A program made the translations under genes and the position numbers. From NCBI GenBank assembly GCA_965217035.1, contig OZ244226.1, positions 1,656,146 to 1,720,145 of the forward strand: DNA of 64,000 nucleotides, in the 5' to 3' direction. Origin of the DNA: Bacteriovoracaceae bacterium. GTDB taxonomy: Bacteria > Bdellovibrionota > Bacteriovoracia > Bacteriovoracales > Bacteriovoracaceae. Position 1 is the stretch's first letter; every line of letters begins with the position of its first letter. The notes under the pieces were generated by a model. The model saw only the letters and a program-made list of their open reading frames with translations. It did no database searches and was not told the origin of the DNA. Below are positions 1 through 8,704 of the stretch, piece by piece.

Positions 1-917
1 CGCAAGATTCTAAAGATGCGTCCGAAGGCGATGATATCGAAATGGTTGACGGTGAAGAGGAATCTGGAGATGAGGATGTTGAAGTAGTCGACAGCGAAGA
101 AGGCTATGATGACGAACTCGCAGAAGATGACGAAGAGCTTGATGAAGAAGAGCTTGATGAAGAAGATGAAGAGTTCGCAGAAGATGACGAAGAGCTTGAT
201 GAAGAAGATGAAGAGTTCGCAGAAGATGGCGAAGAGCTTGATGAAGAAGATGAAGAGCTTGCAGAGGATGTAGATGATGAAGAAATAGATGAGCTTAGTG
301 ATGAAGTAGTTGCTGATAACTCAGAAATGGATTCATTAGATGGTGCTCAGGTTGCAAACACAGAATCAGAAATGCCAGTTGCTGAAGAGGCACCAGTTCC
401 AGCTCCATCAGTTAATATTGCAGGTGGAGGACCAACAGGGACTTACTCAGTTCAACCTAACGAAACTCTCATGTTAATTTCATTTAAACTCTACGGTGAT
501 TATACAAGATGGAAAGAAATCCAAAGATACAATAGTGATAAACTTGGTGGAAGCACAGTCATTTCTCCGGGTATGCAGCTTACATACAGCACTCAAGGAT
601 CAGGATTTGTTTGGAATCCACAAGGTAGACCATACCTTATCCAAAGAGGAGATACTCTCGGAATCATCTCTGATAAGGTTTACAACACTATGTCTAAGTG
701 GAGAAAGATTTGGGATAACAATAAACCTCTTATCAAAAATCCAAATAAAATCTACGCTGGATTCACTCTTTACTACATCCCTGAAGATGGTAGAGACTTA
801 GCTTCTGAACGACCAAGAGAAACAGCGGCAGTTCCAGTGGCTCCAACTCCAAATAATCCAGCAATGGCCGAAGAAGAGGAGTCATTTGAGGAAGAGGATT
901 TCCCGGAAGAAATCTAG
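1..917 (+). CDS. LysM peptidoglycan-binding protein (two LysM domains) with long acidic N-terminal region; 5' end lies outside the window
   Basis: Frame is open from base 3; YSVQPNETLMLIS..YGD..W and YLIQRGDTLGIIS..VY...W...N..IKNPNKIYAG are LysM motifs. Confidence 0.85.
   Translation, partial: QDSKDASEGDDIEMVDGEEESGDEDVEVVDSEEGYDDELAEDDEELDEEELDEEDEEFAEDDEELDEEDEEFAEDGEELDEEDEELAEDVDDEEIDELSDEVVADNSEMDSLDGAQVANTESEMPVAEEAPVPAPSVNIAGGGPTGTYSVQPNETLMLISFKLYGDYTRWKEIQRYNSDKLGGSTVISPGMQLTYSTQGSGFVWNPQGRPYLIQRGDTLGIISDKVYNTMSKWRKIWDNNKPLIKNPNKIYAGFTLYYIPEDGRDLASERPRETAAVPVAPTPNNPAMAEEEESFEEEDFPEEI
120..260 (+). repeat. In-frame tandem repeat, about 3 copies of a 42-bp unit (AEDDEELDEEDEEF)
   Basis: gcagaagatgacgaagagcttgatgaagaagatgaagagttc-like units start at 120 (with a 15-nt internal duplication), 177 and 219. 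Confidence 0.9.
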
Positions 918-944
918 TATAATATAGACAAGGATGACTATAAC

Positions 945-973
945 AGGGGACTTTTATAAGTCCCCTTTTTTTT
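945..973 (+). terminator. Intrinsic terminator after the LysM gene
   Basis: AGGGGACTT-ttat-AAGTCCCCT followed by a T run. Confidence 0.85.
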
Positions 974-975
974 AA

Positions 976-1740
976 ATGAAAACGTTAGCCCTTTTACTCT
1001 TTTTCACTTCTTGTTCTTGGTTTCAGTCTGATGAAAATGATTGGGGACCAGAGTTGATCGAAAATATAAAAACAGAAGAATCTGATTTTGTAACCCATTA
1101 TGAAAAGATTGGACGTGGCTTTATCAAAAATAGCGATAAGAAGGTTAGTCGCTTAAGTCGTTATCTAGAGAATTATCTTAAGAAAATTTCTCAAAAAGTT
1201 ATCGATAGCAATAGTTCTTTTTTTAAGAATAGAAATATAGAATTGAAGTTTTATCTTATTCAAGAAAAGAAACCAATTCACTTTTCATTACCTTCTGGAG
1301 AAATATTTTTAAGCTCAGGTCTTATAAAAAAATATGTTGAACACGAATCAAACTTAATTAGTGTTCTTACTTTTGAATTGATAAAAATTGATAGAAAGGT
1401 TTACCCTCGAAATTTTACTATCCCCAAGGGCTATACTTCTTTGCCATTTTTCTTATCAATCCTCAGAGTTCCTTTAGAGGATAAAATAGAGGTTCATAAA
1501 TGGTCCTATTATCTTCTCAAAAGAAGCGGTTTTGATGAGAATGGTTACTTGATATGGATCCAGACGCAAAATCGAAACTATCTCGATTTTTCTCTTCATC
1601 TCGGTGATCATAGTTCAATTTTCAAAGAAGAGTCTGAATTAAAAAATTTCATTGTTGAAAACTATGGTCAGAATTTTGATTTGTCGATAGAATTTAACTC
1701 TTCTAAAATGTTTTATGAGTTTATTGCGATGCTAAGATGA
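976..1740 (+). CDS. M48 peptidase-like lipoprotein lacking HEXXH
   Basis: Lipobox FTSC; FSLPSGEIFLSSGLI matches the M48 NAFALPGG.I.V..GLL motif; the HExxH position reads FELIK. Confidence 0.6.
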   Translation: MKTLALLLFFTSCSWFQSDENDWGPELIENIKTEESDFVTHYEKIGRGFIKNSDKKVSRLSRYLENYLKKISQKVIDSNSSFFKNRNIELKFYLIQEKKPIHFSLPSGEIFLSSGLIKKYVEHESNLISVLTFELIKIDRKVYPRNFTIPKGYTSLPFFLSILRVPLEDKIEVHKWSYYLLKRSGFDENGYLIWIQTQNRNYLDFSLHLGDHSSIFKEESELKNFIVENYGQNFDLSIEFNSSKMFYEFIAMLR

Positions 1741-2705
1741 ATCCAGAGAGTGAATTTTTACCTATTGCCAAAGCACACTTCAAAGAAGAGGACTTATCAA
1801 GGTTCGATTTTGAGATTCTTGCTGGAGATGCCTCTTCTAGAATATATATCCGAATCGCTTATGAGAATAAGACATATCTTTTATGTTTAAATGATTCAAC
1901 TAATCCAAAACATAATCAAGAGTTCATTTATTGGACAAAAGAGTATGCAGAATCAGATATTAAAGTTCCGAAAGTATATTTTTATAAGCCAGGTGTTATT
2001 TTACAAGAAGACTTTGGAGATCTTTCTCTCTTGAATAAATACAGTTTTAAAGAAGATGATATTAAGAACTTGTATTTAAAATCGATTGATGAATTAATAA
2101 AAATTCATGAAATCAAGAGAGATAAAGATAAAATTTATGACCGATTTGATGATAAAAAACTAAACTTCGAAATCGATATGACTCTTGAATACTTTGTTAA
2201 GGGAATGAATAAAGAAGATGATTCTGAAGTCAGGAATATTCGAAACCTCTTTCAACCTGTTTTAAAGTTTATTCAGTCGAATGACTACGTTATTTCTCAC
2301 CGAGATTATCATTCAAAAAATATAATGGTTCAAGATGAAGATATTTGTGTAATCGATTATCAAGATAGTATGTTAGGCGCCAGGCAATATGACTTATGCT
2401 CTCTTGTAGATGATTGCTATACCGACCTTTCGGAAAGTTTCAAAAAAAAGTTAATTAATTACTATTTTGAAACTTCTAGAATTGGAGGTTCTAAAGAAGA
2501 GTTTAGCATTAATTATTATTACTCAATGATTCAAAGAACATTTAAGGCTATAGGAAGTTTTGCATACCAATCACTCGCAAATAATAATGATAACTATTTA
2601 CCTTATATCAATTCAAGTATGGAAAATCTTAAAATAGTACTTTCAAACATTCCCGAGCTAGGAAAATTAAAAAACTCACTGTACGGTTATAAATATGAAG
2701 GTTAA
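1737..2705 (+). CDS. amgK: Anomeric MurNAc/GlcNAc kinase (APH phosphotransferase family)
   Basis: LAGDASSRIYIR, LQEDFGD, HRDYHSKNIM, IDYQD, YDLCSL; adjacent to a murU-like gene. Confidence 0.75.
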   Translation: MNPESEFLPIAKAHFKEEDLSRFDFEILAGDASSRIYIRIAYENKTYLLCLNDSTNPKHNQEFIYWTKEYAESDIKVPKVYFYKPGVILQEDFGDLSLLNKYSFKEDDIKNLYLKSIDELIKIHEIKRDKDKIYDRFDDKKLNFEIDMTLEYFVKGMNKEDDSEVRNIRNLFQPVLKFIQSNDYVISHRDYHSKNIMVQDEDICVIDYQDSMLGARQYDLCSLVDDCYTDLSESFKKKLINYYFETSRIGGSKEEFSINYYYSMIQRTFKAIGSFAYQSLANNNDNYLPYINSSMENLKIVLSNIPELGKLKNSLYGYKYEG

Positions 2706-3471
2706 TTCCGCAATTATACTTTGTGCAGGAATGGGAAACCGAATGGGGGCTTATGGCCACTTTTTACCTAAGCCATTATGGCCTTTTTTCCAAACTTGTC
2801 TCCTGGGACTCCAAGTTCATTACTTAAAAAGTCTTGGAATAAAAAACATATTTATTAATCTTCACCATCAAAGAAATTTGATTCAAAAATATATTGAAAA
2901 AACTTTTCCAGATATTAATCTTTTGATCGAAGAAGAAATATTAGATGTGGGGGGGGGAATTCAAAATTTCCTCAATCAAGATAGTATAAAATCGGAAGAA
3001 GTTGTTTTAGCTATTAATAGTGATATTTTTATCAATATTTCAGTAGGCGATATTCTTGAAGCGGCTAAAGACTTAGTCAAAGAAAGTGCTTATTCATCTC
3101 TTTTTCTAAAAAAAGTAGAAAGACGTGAAAATGAAGGATATACAGAGGTCATAATAAATGAAAAATCTGAAATCACTTCTTTAATTAAATCTAGTGAAGT
3201 CACAAATCCTTTTTATAATACCTATGTTGGTTGTTGTTTGATCAATAGTAAGATTATTCCTAAGGTTTCTGGACCATCTCGTTTTTTTCAAACAGTTGCT
3301 GATTTTAAGCAAAATAAAGTTTTAAGTTATCAGGTAGAAAATACTTTTTATGATCTTGGTACACTAAAAAGGTATAATGATACCATTTCGAGTTTGTGGA
3401 ATAAAAGAGAGTCTTGTAGTTGTGAGTTGCTTACCTTTTTGAAAAAAAATAATCTCTTAACTATGGGTTGA
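2695..3471 (+). CDS. murU: Sugar-phosphate nucleotidyltransferase, MurU-like
   Basis: AIILCAGMGNRM...LPKPL, LDVGGGI, INSD, YDLGT; overlaps amgK. Confidence 0.7.
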   Translation: MKVNSAIILCAGMGNRMGAYGHFLPKPLWPFFQTCLLGLQVHYLKSLGIKNIFINLHHQRNLIQKYIEKTFPDINLLIEEEILDVGGGIQNFLNQDSIKSEEVVLAINSDIFINISVGDILEAAKDLVKESAYSSLFLKKVERRENEGYTEVIINEKSEITSLIKSSEVTNPFYNTYVGCCLINSKIIPKVSGPSRFFQTVADFKQNKVLSYQVENTFYDLGTLKRYNDTISSLWNKRESCSCELLTFLKKNNLLTMG

Positions 3472-3666
3472 AGATTTATCTTTAATGTTTTCAACTGGCT
3501 TAATTGCGTCTACTGGACAGACATGCAAACAAAGCGAACAGAGTGTACACGACCAATTTTCAACAAAATAATCATTGTCTTGTGTAAAAATCGCCTCTTC
3601 AGGACAAATAACTCGACAGCTGTCACAACTAACACAAATATTGGAAATTTTAAGCTTTAATGCCAT
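3457..3666 (-). CDS. 4Fe-4S dicluster ferredoxin
   Basis: Two CxxCxxCxxxCP motifs. Confidence 0.9.
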   Translation of the reverse strand: MALKLKISNICVSCDSCRVICPEEAIFTQDNDYFVENWSCTLCSLCLHVCPVDAIKPVENIKDKSSTHS

Positions 3667-3732
3667 AAATATTATTGTAAATGAGCGAGCCGCTTTACGC
3701 TAGGTGGCAATAAGCTTTATTATTGGCTAACA

Positions 3733-4437
3733 ATGAAGATATTCTATCGACCTTATATTCTTAACCTGACTCTTGGGCTCATGTTTTTAGTGGTGAGTGC
3801 TCATTATGTTTTAAATTGTTTTTATCAAGAGCTAACTTTTTTTAATTACGAACATTTAAAGTCTTATCTCCTAAACTTTTTTCCATTCATTAGTATTGTT
3901 TTTTTTAGTGCTTATTCTCTTTGGTCCTATCGTTCATGGAGTCTCGCTTTAGCCAAGGCTTGCTTTTCCCTTGTTTACTTGGCCAATCTTTTCATTCTTT
4001 GGGATCACCTTGGAAAAATAATAGTCTTTTATCTGTTATTCCTAGCGATTGTTTTGTTCTTTTTTTATGGCCTTTTAAAAGAAGAGTTTAATCGGGCGAG
4101 TTATCAGACCAGTTTTCTAAAGCACTCGTTGAGAAAAGAACTTGGTAGGAAAATAGAGGTTAATAAATCTGACAATTTCCTAGGCGAGTTAATTTATTGG
4201 GATGAGACAGGTGGGGTTATAGAGTTAAAAAAAGATTTAGAAATTAATGAAAAGAGTATTCAACTGTCTATTTCACTTTTAGATTCATCATTTGATGTAA
4301 GTATTGGACCAGTAATCTATTGTACTGAACAAAAACGCTTAAGTTTTCGTTTTTTATCTTCTGATAAAAATAGTGCTACACTAACATTGATTAGGAAACT
4401 TAAAAGAATGGGCTGGGAGCCAGAAAAACTTGTATAA
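3733..4437 (+). CDS. Hypothetical membrane protein (about 4 TM helices plus soluble C-terminal domain)
   Basis: Hydrophobic N-terminal half; long ORF. Confidence 0.65.
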   Translation: MKIFYRPYILNLTLGLMFLVVSAHYVLNCFYQELTFFNYEHLKSYLLNFFPFISIVFFSAYSLWSYRSWSLALAKACFSLVYLANLFILWDHLGKIIVFYLLFLAIVLFFFYGLLKEEFNRASYQTSFLKHSLRKELGRKIEVNKSDNFLGELIYWDETGGVIELKKDLEINEKSIQLSISLLDSSFDVSIGPVIYCTEQKRLSFRFLSSDKNSATLTLIRKLKRMGWEPEKLV

Positions 4438-4446
4438 AGGTTTAGA

Positions 4447-4872
4447 ATGAAAAAGATATTATTTTTTATTTTGTTATTCTCATGTGTTCAATCACAAAAA
4501 TCACCAGAAGGAACATTAGAAACATTTGTTCAAAAAAGATTTGATGGTGCAAATATCGATGATGTAAAAGATTATCTTTCAGATAGTTATTTAGCTTCAA
4601 TGAATGATTTAAGAGAAACAAAATACGAGAAGCTTGAAAATATAAAGAGAAAGAAGTTTAAAATTATTTCTAAAAACTGTTCTGCTGAAGAATGTAAGAT
4701 CACCTACTTTGTTTCATATGTAACAGTTGATGGAAGTTCAAAAGAATTTGAAACAGAGACTAAAAAAGTAGCAAGCTTGATCCCTGGTGGCCCTGGTTGG
4801 GTCATTAATAGTATCGATCATGTGAAAACATTTCATGATATGGTTAAAGACATCAAGGTCGAAGGTCAATAG
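4447..4872 (+). CDS. Hypothetical lipoprotein
   Basis: MKK plus hydrophobic stretch and LFSC lipobox. Confidence 0.7.
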   Translation: MKKILFFILLFSCVQSQKSPEGTLETFVQKRFDGANIDDVKDYLSDSYLASMNDLRETKYEKLENIKRKKFKIISKNCSAEECKITYFVSYVTVDGSSKEFETETKKVASLIPGGPGWVINSIDHVKTFHDMVKDIKVEGQ

Positions 4873-4994
4873 GCTTCCAGGATCGCCTTATCTTCAGCGT
4901 CGCTATTAAAGCTTCGCACTTGTGGAGTATCAAGATGTACACCTCAACACTCGTCTTTGATGCTTCTTGAATCTAAGGCAGTTTTGATTGCCTA
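4870..4994. mobile_element. MITE-like palindromic element (ERIC-like)
   Basis: Imperfect terminal inverted repeat AGGC..GCCTTA / TAAGGC..GCCT, flanking TA, motifs shared with the element at 60010. Confidence 0.55.
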
Positions 4995-5012
4995 TAGTAG
5001 ATTAATCACAAT

Positions 5013-5044
5013 AAAAAAAACGCCGTCTAAGTCGGCGTTTTTTT
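5013..5044. terminator. Bidirectional intrinsic terminator
   Basis: A8-CGCCG-tctaagt-CGGCG-T7 between convergent genes. Confidence 0.85.
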
Positions 5045-5066
5045 ATTATAAGAATTTAAAGTTGTA

Positions 5067-5903
5067 TTAAAGTGCCATGTAATGCTCTTTAAGCATAATA
5101 GCATCTTCTTCCAGGTTGGGGCTGTTGCAGATCATATATCCTGTGCAGTTCCTGTCTTTAAGTGCTTTTAGAAGATCTTTCCAGTTAAAATCAGAATCTT
5201 TTAAGTTGAGGTGCTTAAGATCACCTTTGGCATTGGAAGAAATTCCAGAGATGTGCATGTGAAGGTTTTCCGTTGAATCTTCACCAAGGTTTTCTCTTAC
5301 CTTGTCGATAACAGTTGTGAATTCTTCATATGTATTAAACTCACCCGTTCTTGCATAAAGGTGAGAGAAATCTAAACAAGGAAGACAGCTATTAATATTT
5401 TTTGAAAGATTAAGAAGTTCTTCAAGTGAACCAAATTGGCTTGTTTTTCCAGTAAGCTCTGGGCGAAGTTCGATTTCAATATCAAGTCTTGAAAGTCTTT
5501 CTTCGATAACGTTCATACTTTTTTCGACGAGATCAAAAACATCATAAGGTGAATCTTTCATATAAAAAGCAGCGTGGAAAGTCATTGATTCGGCTCCACA
5601 CATATCAGAGATTTTTGCTGTTTGAATAATTCTCTCAACAGAAGAATCGATTTTGTCTTGCTCACGAGCATTGAGATTGATGTAATATGGGCCATGAGAA
5701 GTGAGCGGGATATTAAGTTCATAAGAGATTTTTCTTAGTGCTGAAGAGATCTCTTCTTTCATTCTTACGCCATGAGCGAACTCCAATTGCATGCAATCAA
5801 GTCCTAGTTTGTGGACGTTGATAACACCCTCCACAGGGTTGTTCTTTTTTTCTGTGCAATTAGGAACTCCAGCTGTTCCGAAAAGAATCCGATCAAATGA
5901 CAT
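5067..5903 (-). CDS. nfo: Endonuclease IV-family TIM-barrel protein (archaeal-type deoxyribonuclease IV-like)
   Basis: FGTAGVP, SHGPYYINLN, FHAAFY, RPELTGK.SQFGSLEE, CLDFSHLYAR, HMHISGI. Confidence 0.75.
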   Translation of the reverse strand: MSFDRILFGTAGVPNCTEKKNNPVEGVINVHKLGLDCMQLEFAHGVRMKEEISSALRKISYELNIPLTSHGPYYINLNAREQDKIDSSVERIIQTAKISDMCGAESMTFHAAFYMKDSPYDVFDLVEKSMNVIEERLSRLDIEIELRPELTGKTSQFGSLEELLNLSKNINSCLPCLDFSHLYARTGEFNTYEEFTTVIDKVRENLGEDSTENLHMHISGISSNAKGDLKHLNLKDSDFNWKDLLKALKDRNCTGYMICNSPNLEEDAIMLKEHYMAL

Positions 5904-5906
5904 AAA

Positions 5907-6173
5907 TCACTCCGTTTTGGTACTAAACTTTGAATATATATTTTTACTACTATTAGCCTTCAAGCAGCTTCCGCAGGCTTCTCCGATATTAAGACGAGCA
6001 AGCCAGGCGAGAAAGTCGTTATATATCATATTTTGCGCCGCATCCTCAATCTGTTTTTTACTCACGAGATTACATTCACAAAATAAGTCATCTTCAGGAT
6101 TGGCTATACTGTCGTCAAGAATAAGGTCGCGATAGCTTTCAACGCTTCGCATAAATTGATTTTCTTTACTCAC
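5907..6173 (-). CDS. BFD-like [2Fe-2S]-binding protein
   Basis: CECNLV...GEACGSC. Confidence 0.65.
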   Translation of the reverse strand: MSKENQFMRSVESYRDLILDDSIANPEDDLFCECNLVSKKQIEDAAQNMIYNDFLAWLARLNIGEACGSCLKANSSKNIYSKFSTKTE

Positions 6174-6280
6174 TTCAATAAAAACTTGTTAGTTCACCCC
6201 AAAAATGTAGTGTCTTAATATCTTCTATTTGCGAAAATGTCCATGCGAAACGCCTTATAAGTAAAAAGGGAAAACGCAAC

Positions 6281-6832
6281 ATGTTAATGACTTTGCTTAC
6301 CATTTTTCTAGTTTTAACGATTACTCTGGTTTTATTCAGAAAATTTTTTTTATATTCATTGGGTAGCGTTAGACCAGTATTCAAGAGAACTTTTCAAGCG
6401 AGTTGGGAAAGGGGTTCTAGTTTAAAGACAAAGCCACTTGAGATTAAAACTTTTGAAATGGATATTCTTCCGATCGTTGATTATTTTATTTTTAAATCTG
6501 GAAAAACGATAACACTTCTTGGAACACCTGATTTTTTAAACCGAGTTAATGAAAGACCGGGTGAGTATGTTGAAAAGTTTATTCTTGCTAAAGATTGGGA
6601 TATCAAAAATGCAGTCTTTCAAATTGTTTGGATCTTTTATGCTTTAAAAGAACAGATTTTTATTTCGTTAAGGAATTTATCACCGAAGCTTCTTTCGCAA
6701 TTATTAATCTTTCTCTTTCTTCCTTTTGATTCCTTATTAAATATTATATGGAAGAAATTTTCTGAAAGAGATGAACTGAATAAAAGCGGTGCTCAGAAAA
6801 ATCAGGAACTATGGATGGAGCTTGTGAGTTAA
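6281..6832 (+). CDS. Hypothetical membrane-anchored protein
   Basis: N-terminal TM segment; stop abuts the kinase start. Confidence 0.55.
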   Translation: MLMTLLTIFLVLTITLVLFRKFFLYSLGSVRPVFKRTFQASWERGSSLKTKPLEIKTFEMDILPIVDYFIFKSGKTITLLGTPDFLNRVNERPGEYVEKFILAKDWDIKNAVFQIVWIFYALKEQIFISLRNLSPKLLSQLLIFLFLPFDSLLNIIWKKFSERDELNKSGAQKNQELWMELVS

Positions 6833-8695
6833 ATGAGCGAAAAGAAGGGAGAAATTAATAGTTTTTATCCACTGTTTTTTACGGCGGCTTTCATTCTTTT
6901 GTTAATTCAATATCCTTTCTCTAGTTTTGAATCAATCCTTTATGATTTATGGATCAAACTTCATGTTACCGATTCGCCTAATAAGCAGTATGTCGTCATT
7001 ACTCAAGATGAGAACAATGACCAAATTCTTGGTGAATATTACCCTTATACCTATGCTACTCATACGAAGTTTTTAGAGAAAATAACCAAAGATTCACCTT
7101 ATATCATTACTTACCTGGTGAACTTTGAAGAACCAACTCAAGAAGATGATGAGCGTTATTATGAAAAGTTTATTGAGACCATAGAGTCTTATGTAAAAGA
7201 AGGCGGAATCTTTCGCTTGGGCACTAGTATTGATTTCTGGGGAGAGCAAGTTCCTCCTGAGAGAATGAAAAAGTTCGGTTATTCGCCAGCACTCATTAAT
7301 GTTGATGGAGAAGTTTTTGCAAAGGATTCTGTTCACAGAAAAGCGATTCTCGATATTTCTGGAGAAGATTCATTGCACCTTTGGTTAAGTAATAAAATAC
7401 GTGCGAGATCAGGATTAGAAGAGAATAAGTCGAAGTTTGTGTGGGGGGCTTATTATAATAATGATGCTGACGCCACTTTTGTTAACTATTCACATTTAGT
7501 CGATCTTGGTCGAGCGAATGAAGAATTTATTCAAATTCCTTTTTATCGAGTTTTAAATGGAGCGATTCCTCCAGATTTTTTTAAAGATAAAATTGTTTTT
7601 ATCGGTCCTCAGTATTCATCCAATTCAGATGATTTTGTTTTGACTCCTTATTCAAAGGAAAAGAAAACTTCAAAGTTGATGCTACATGCTTCGATGGTTC
7701 ATAGTTTAAGCCAAGGAAAAACATTATTTCCAATTTCAGGAGTTTTTACAGATATACTTGCTCTGTTCTTAGCGATTGGTCTTTCATTCGTTATTTCTAA
7801 AGTTCAACCGACAAGAGGGTTACTTGTGACGATTGCACTTATTGGCTCTGTCGTTGTGATTGCTTATGTCTCATTTGTTTTTCTTGGAGCTTGGTTGAAG
7901 ATTGCTCACGTACTCCTCAGTGTTTTTATTGTTTATTATATTTGGATTCCTTATCGAGCGATTGTTGAGTATCAAACTCGTTATGCGATAGAAGAAGAAT
8001 CTGAAATGTTAAAAAAGGTAGAAAATCTGAAGCAGAATTTTATCTCTCTTATGAGTCACGATTTAAAGACCCCGGTAGCGAAAATTGCAGGTATGGCCGA
8101 TAACCTGAAAATGAAAATGCAGTCGGAAAGTGATGCGACCATTATCGACAATATTATAAAATCAACCCAAGAGCTGAACCAATTTATCACATCGATTTTG
8201 GATCTTACAAAGGTTGAGTCTCAAAATTTAAATTTGAATCTCTCCAGTAAGGATGTAAATAAAATCATCGAAGCAGTTGTTGATAAGCTGACCTATGAGA
8301 TGGAAACGAAAAATATAGAGCTCGAACTTGAGCTTGAGCCTCTTTATCCCATTCAACTTGATCAAAATCTTATTCACCGAGTTATCTCAAACCTTGTGGA
8401 AAACGCCATTAAATACTCAGGAAAGGGTTCTAAGATCAGTGTGAGAACCACAGATGATGAGGATTGGGTGACCATTGAAATCTCAGATAACGGAGCAGGA
8501 ATTAAGCCGGAAGACCTGACTCATATCTTTGAAAAGTTCTATCGAGTAAAAAATGATTCAACTCATAAGATTAAAGGTTCAGGACTTGGACTGTATTTGG
8601 TAAAGTATTTTATTGAATTGCATAAGGGAACAATTTCTGTGCAATCGGAACTTGGTAAGGGAACAACTTTTACCATTAAGTTGATAAACAAATAG
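6833..8695 (+). CDS. CHASE2-domain sensor histidine kinase
   Basis: FKDKIVFIG (CHASE2), 3 TM helices, SHDLKTP H-box, NLVENAIKYS, DNGAGI, GSGLGL. Confidence 0.9.
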   Translation: MSEKKGEINSFYPLFFTAAFILLLIQYPFSSFESILYDLWIKLHVTDSPNKQYVVITQDENNDQILGEYYPYTYATHTKFLEKITKDSPYIITYLVNFEEPTQEDDERYYEKFIETIESYVKEGGIFRLGTSIDFWGEQVPPERMKKFGYSPALINVDGEVFAKDSVHRKAILDISGEDSLHLWLSNKIRARSGLEENKSKFVWGAYYNNDADATFVNYSHLVDLGRANEEFIQIPFYRVLNGAIPPDFFKDKIVFIGPQYSSNSDDFVLTPYSKEKKTSKLMLHASMVHSLSQGKTLFPISGVFTDILALFLAIGLSFVISKVQPTRGLLVTIALIGSVVVIAYVSFVFLGAWLKIAHVLLSVFIVYYIWIPYRAIVEYQTRYAIEEESEMLKKVENLKQNFISLMSHDLKTPVAKIAGMADNLKMKMQSESDATIIDNIIKSTQELNQFITSILDLTKVESQNLNLNLSSKDVNKIIEAVVDKLTYEMETKNIELELELEPLYPIQLDQNLIHRVISNLVENAIKYSGKGSKISVRTTDDEDWVTIEISDNGAGIKPEDLTHIFEKFYRVKNDSTHKIKGSGLGLYLVKYFIELHKGTISVQSELGKGTTFTIKLINK

Positions 8696-8704
8696 GAGTT
8701 AGAG

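Noticed and set aside
120..260. CRISPR array
   Set aside because: Repeats are contiguous, in frame and coding; no spacers or cas genes
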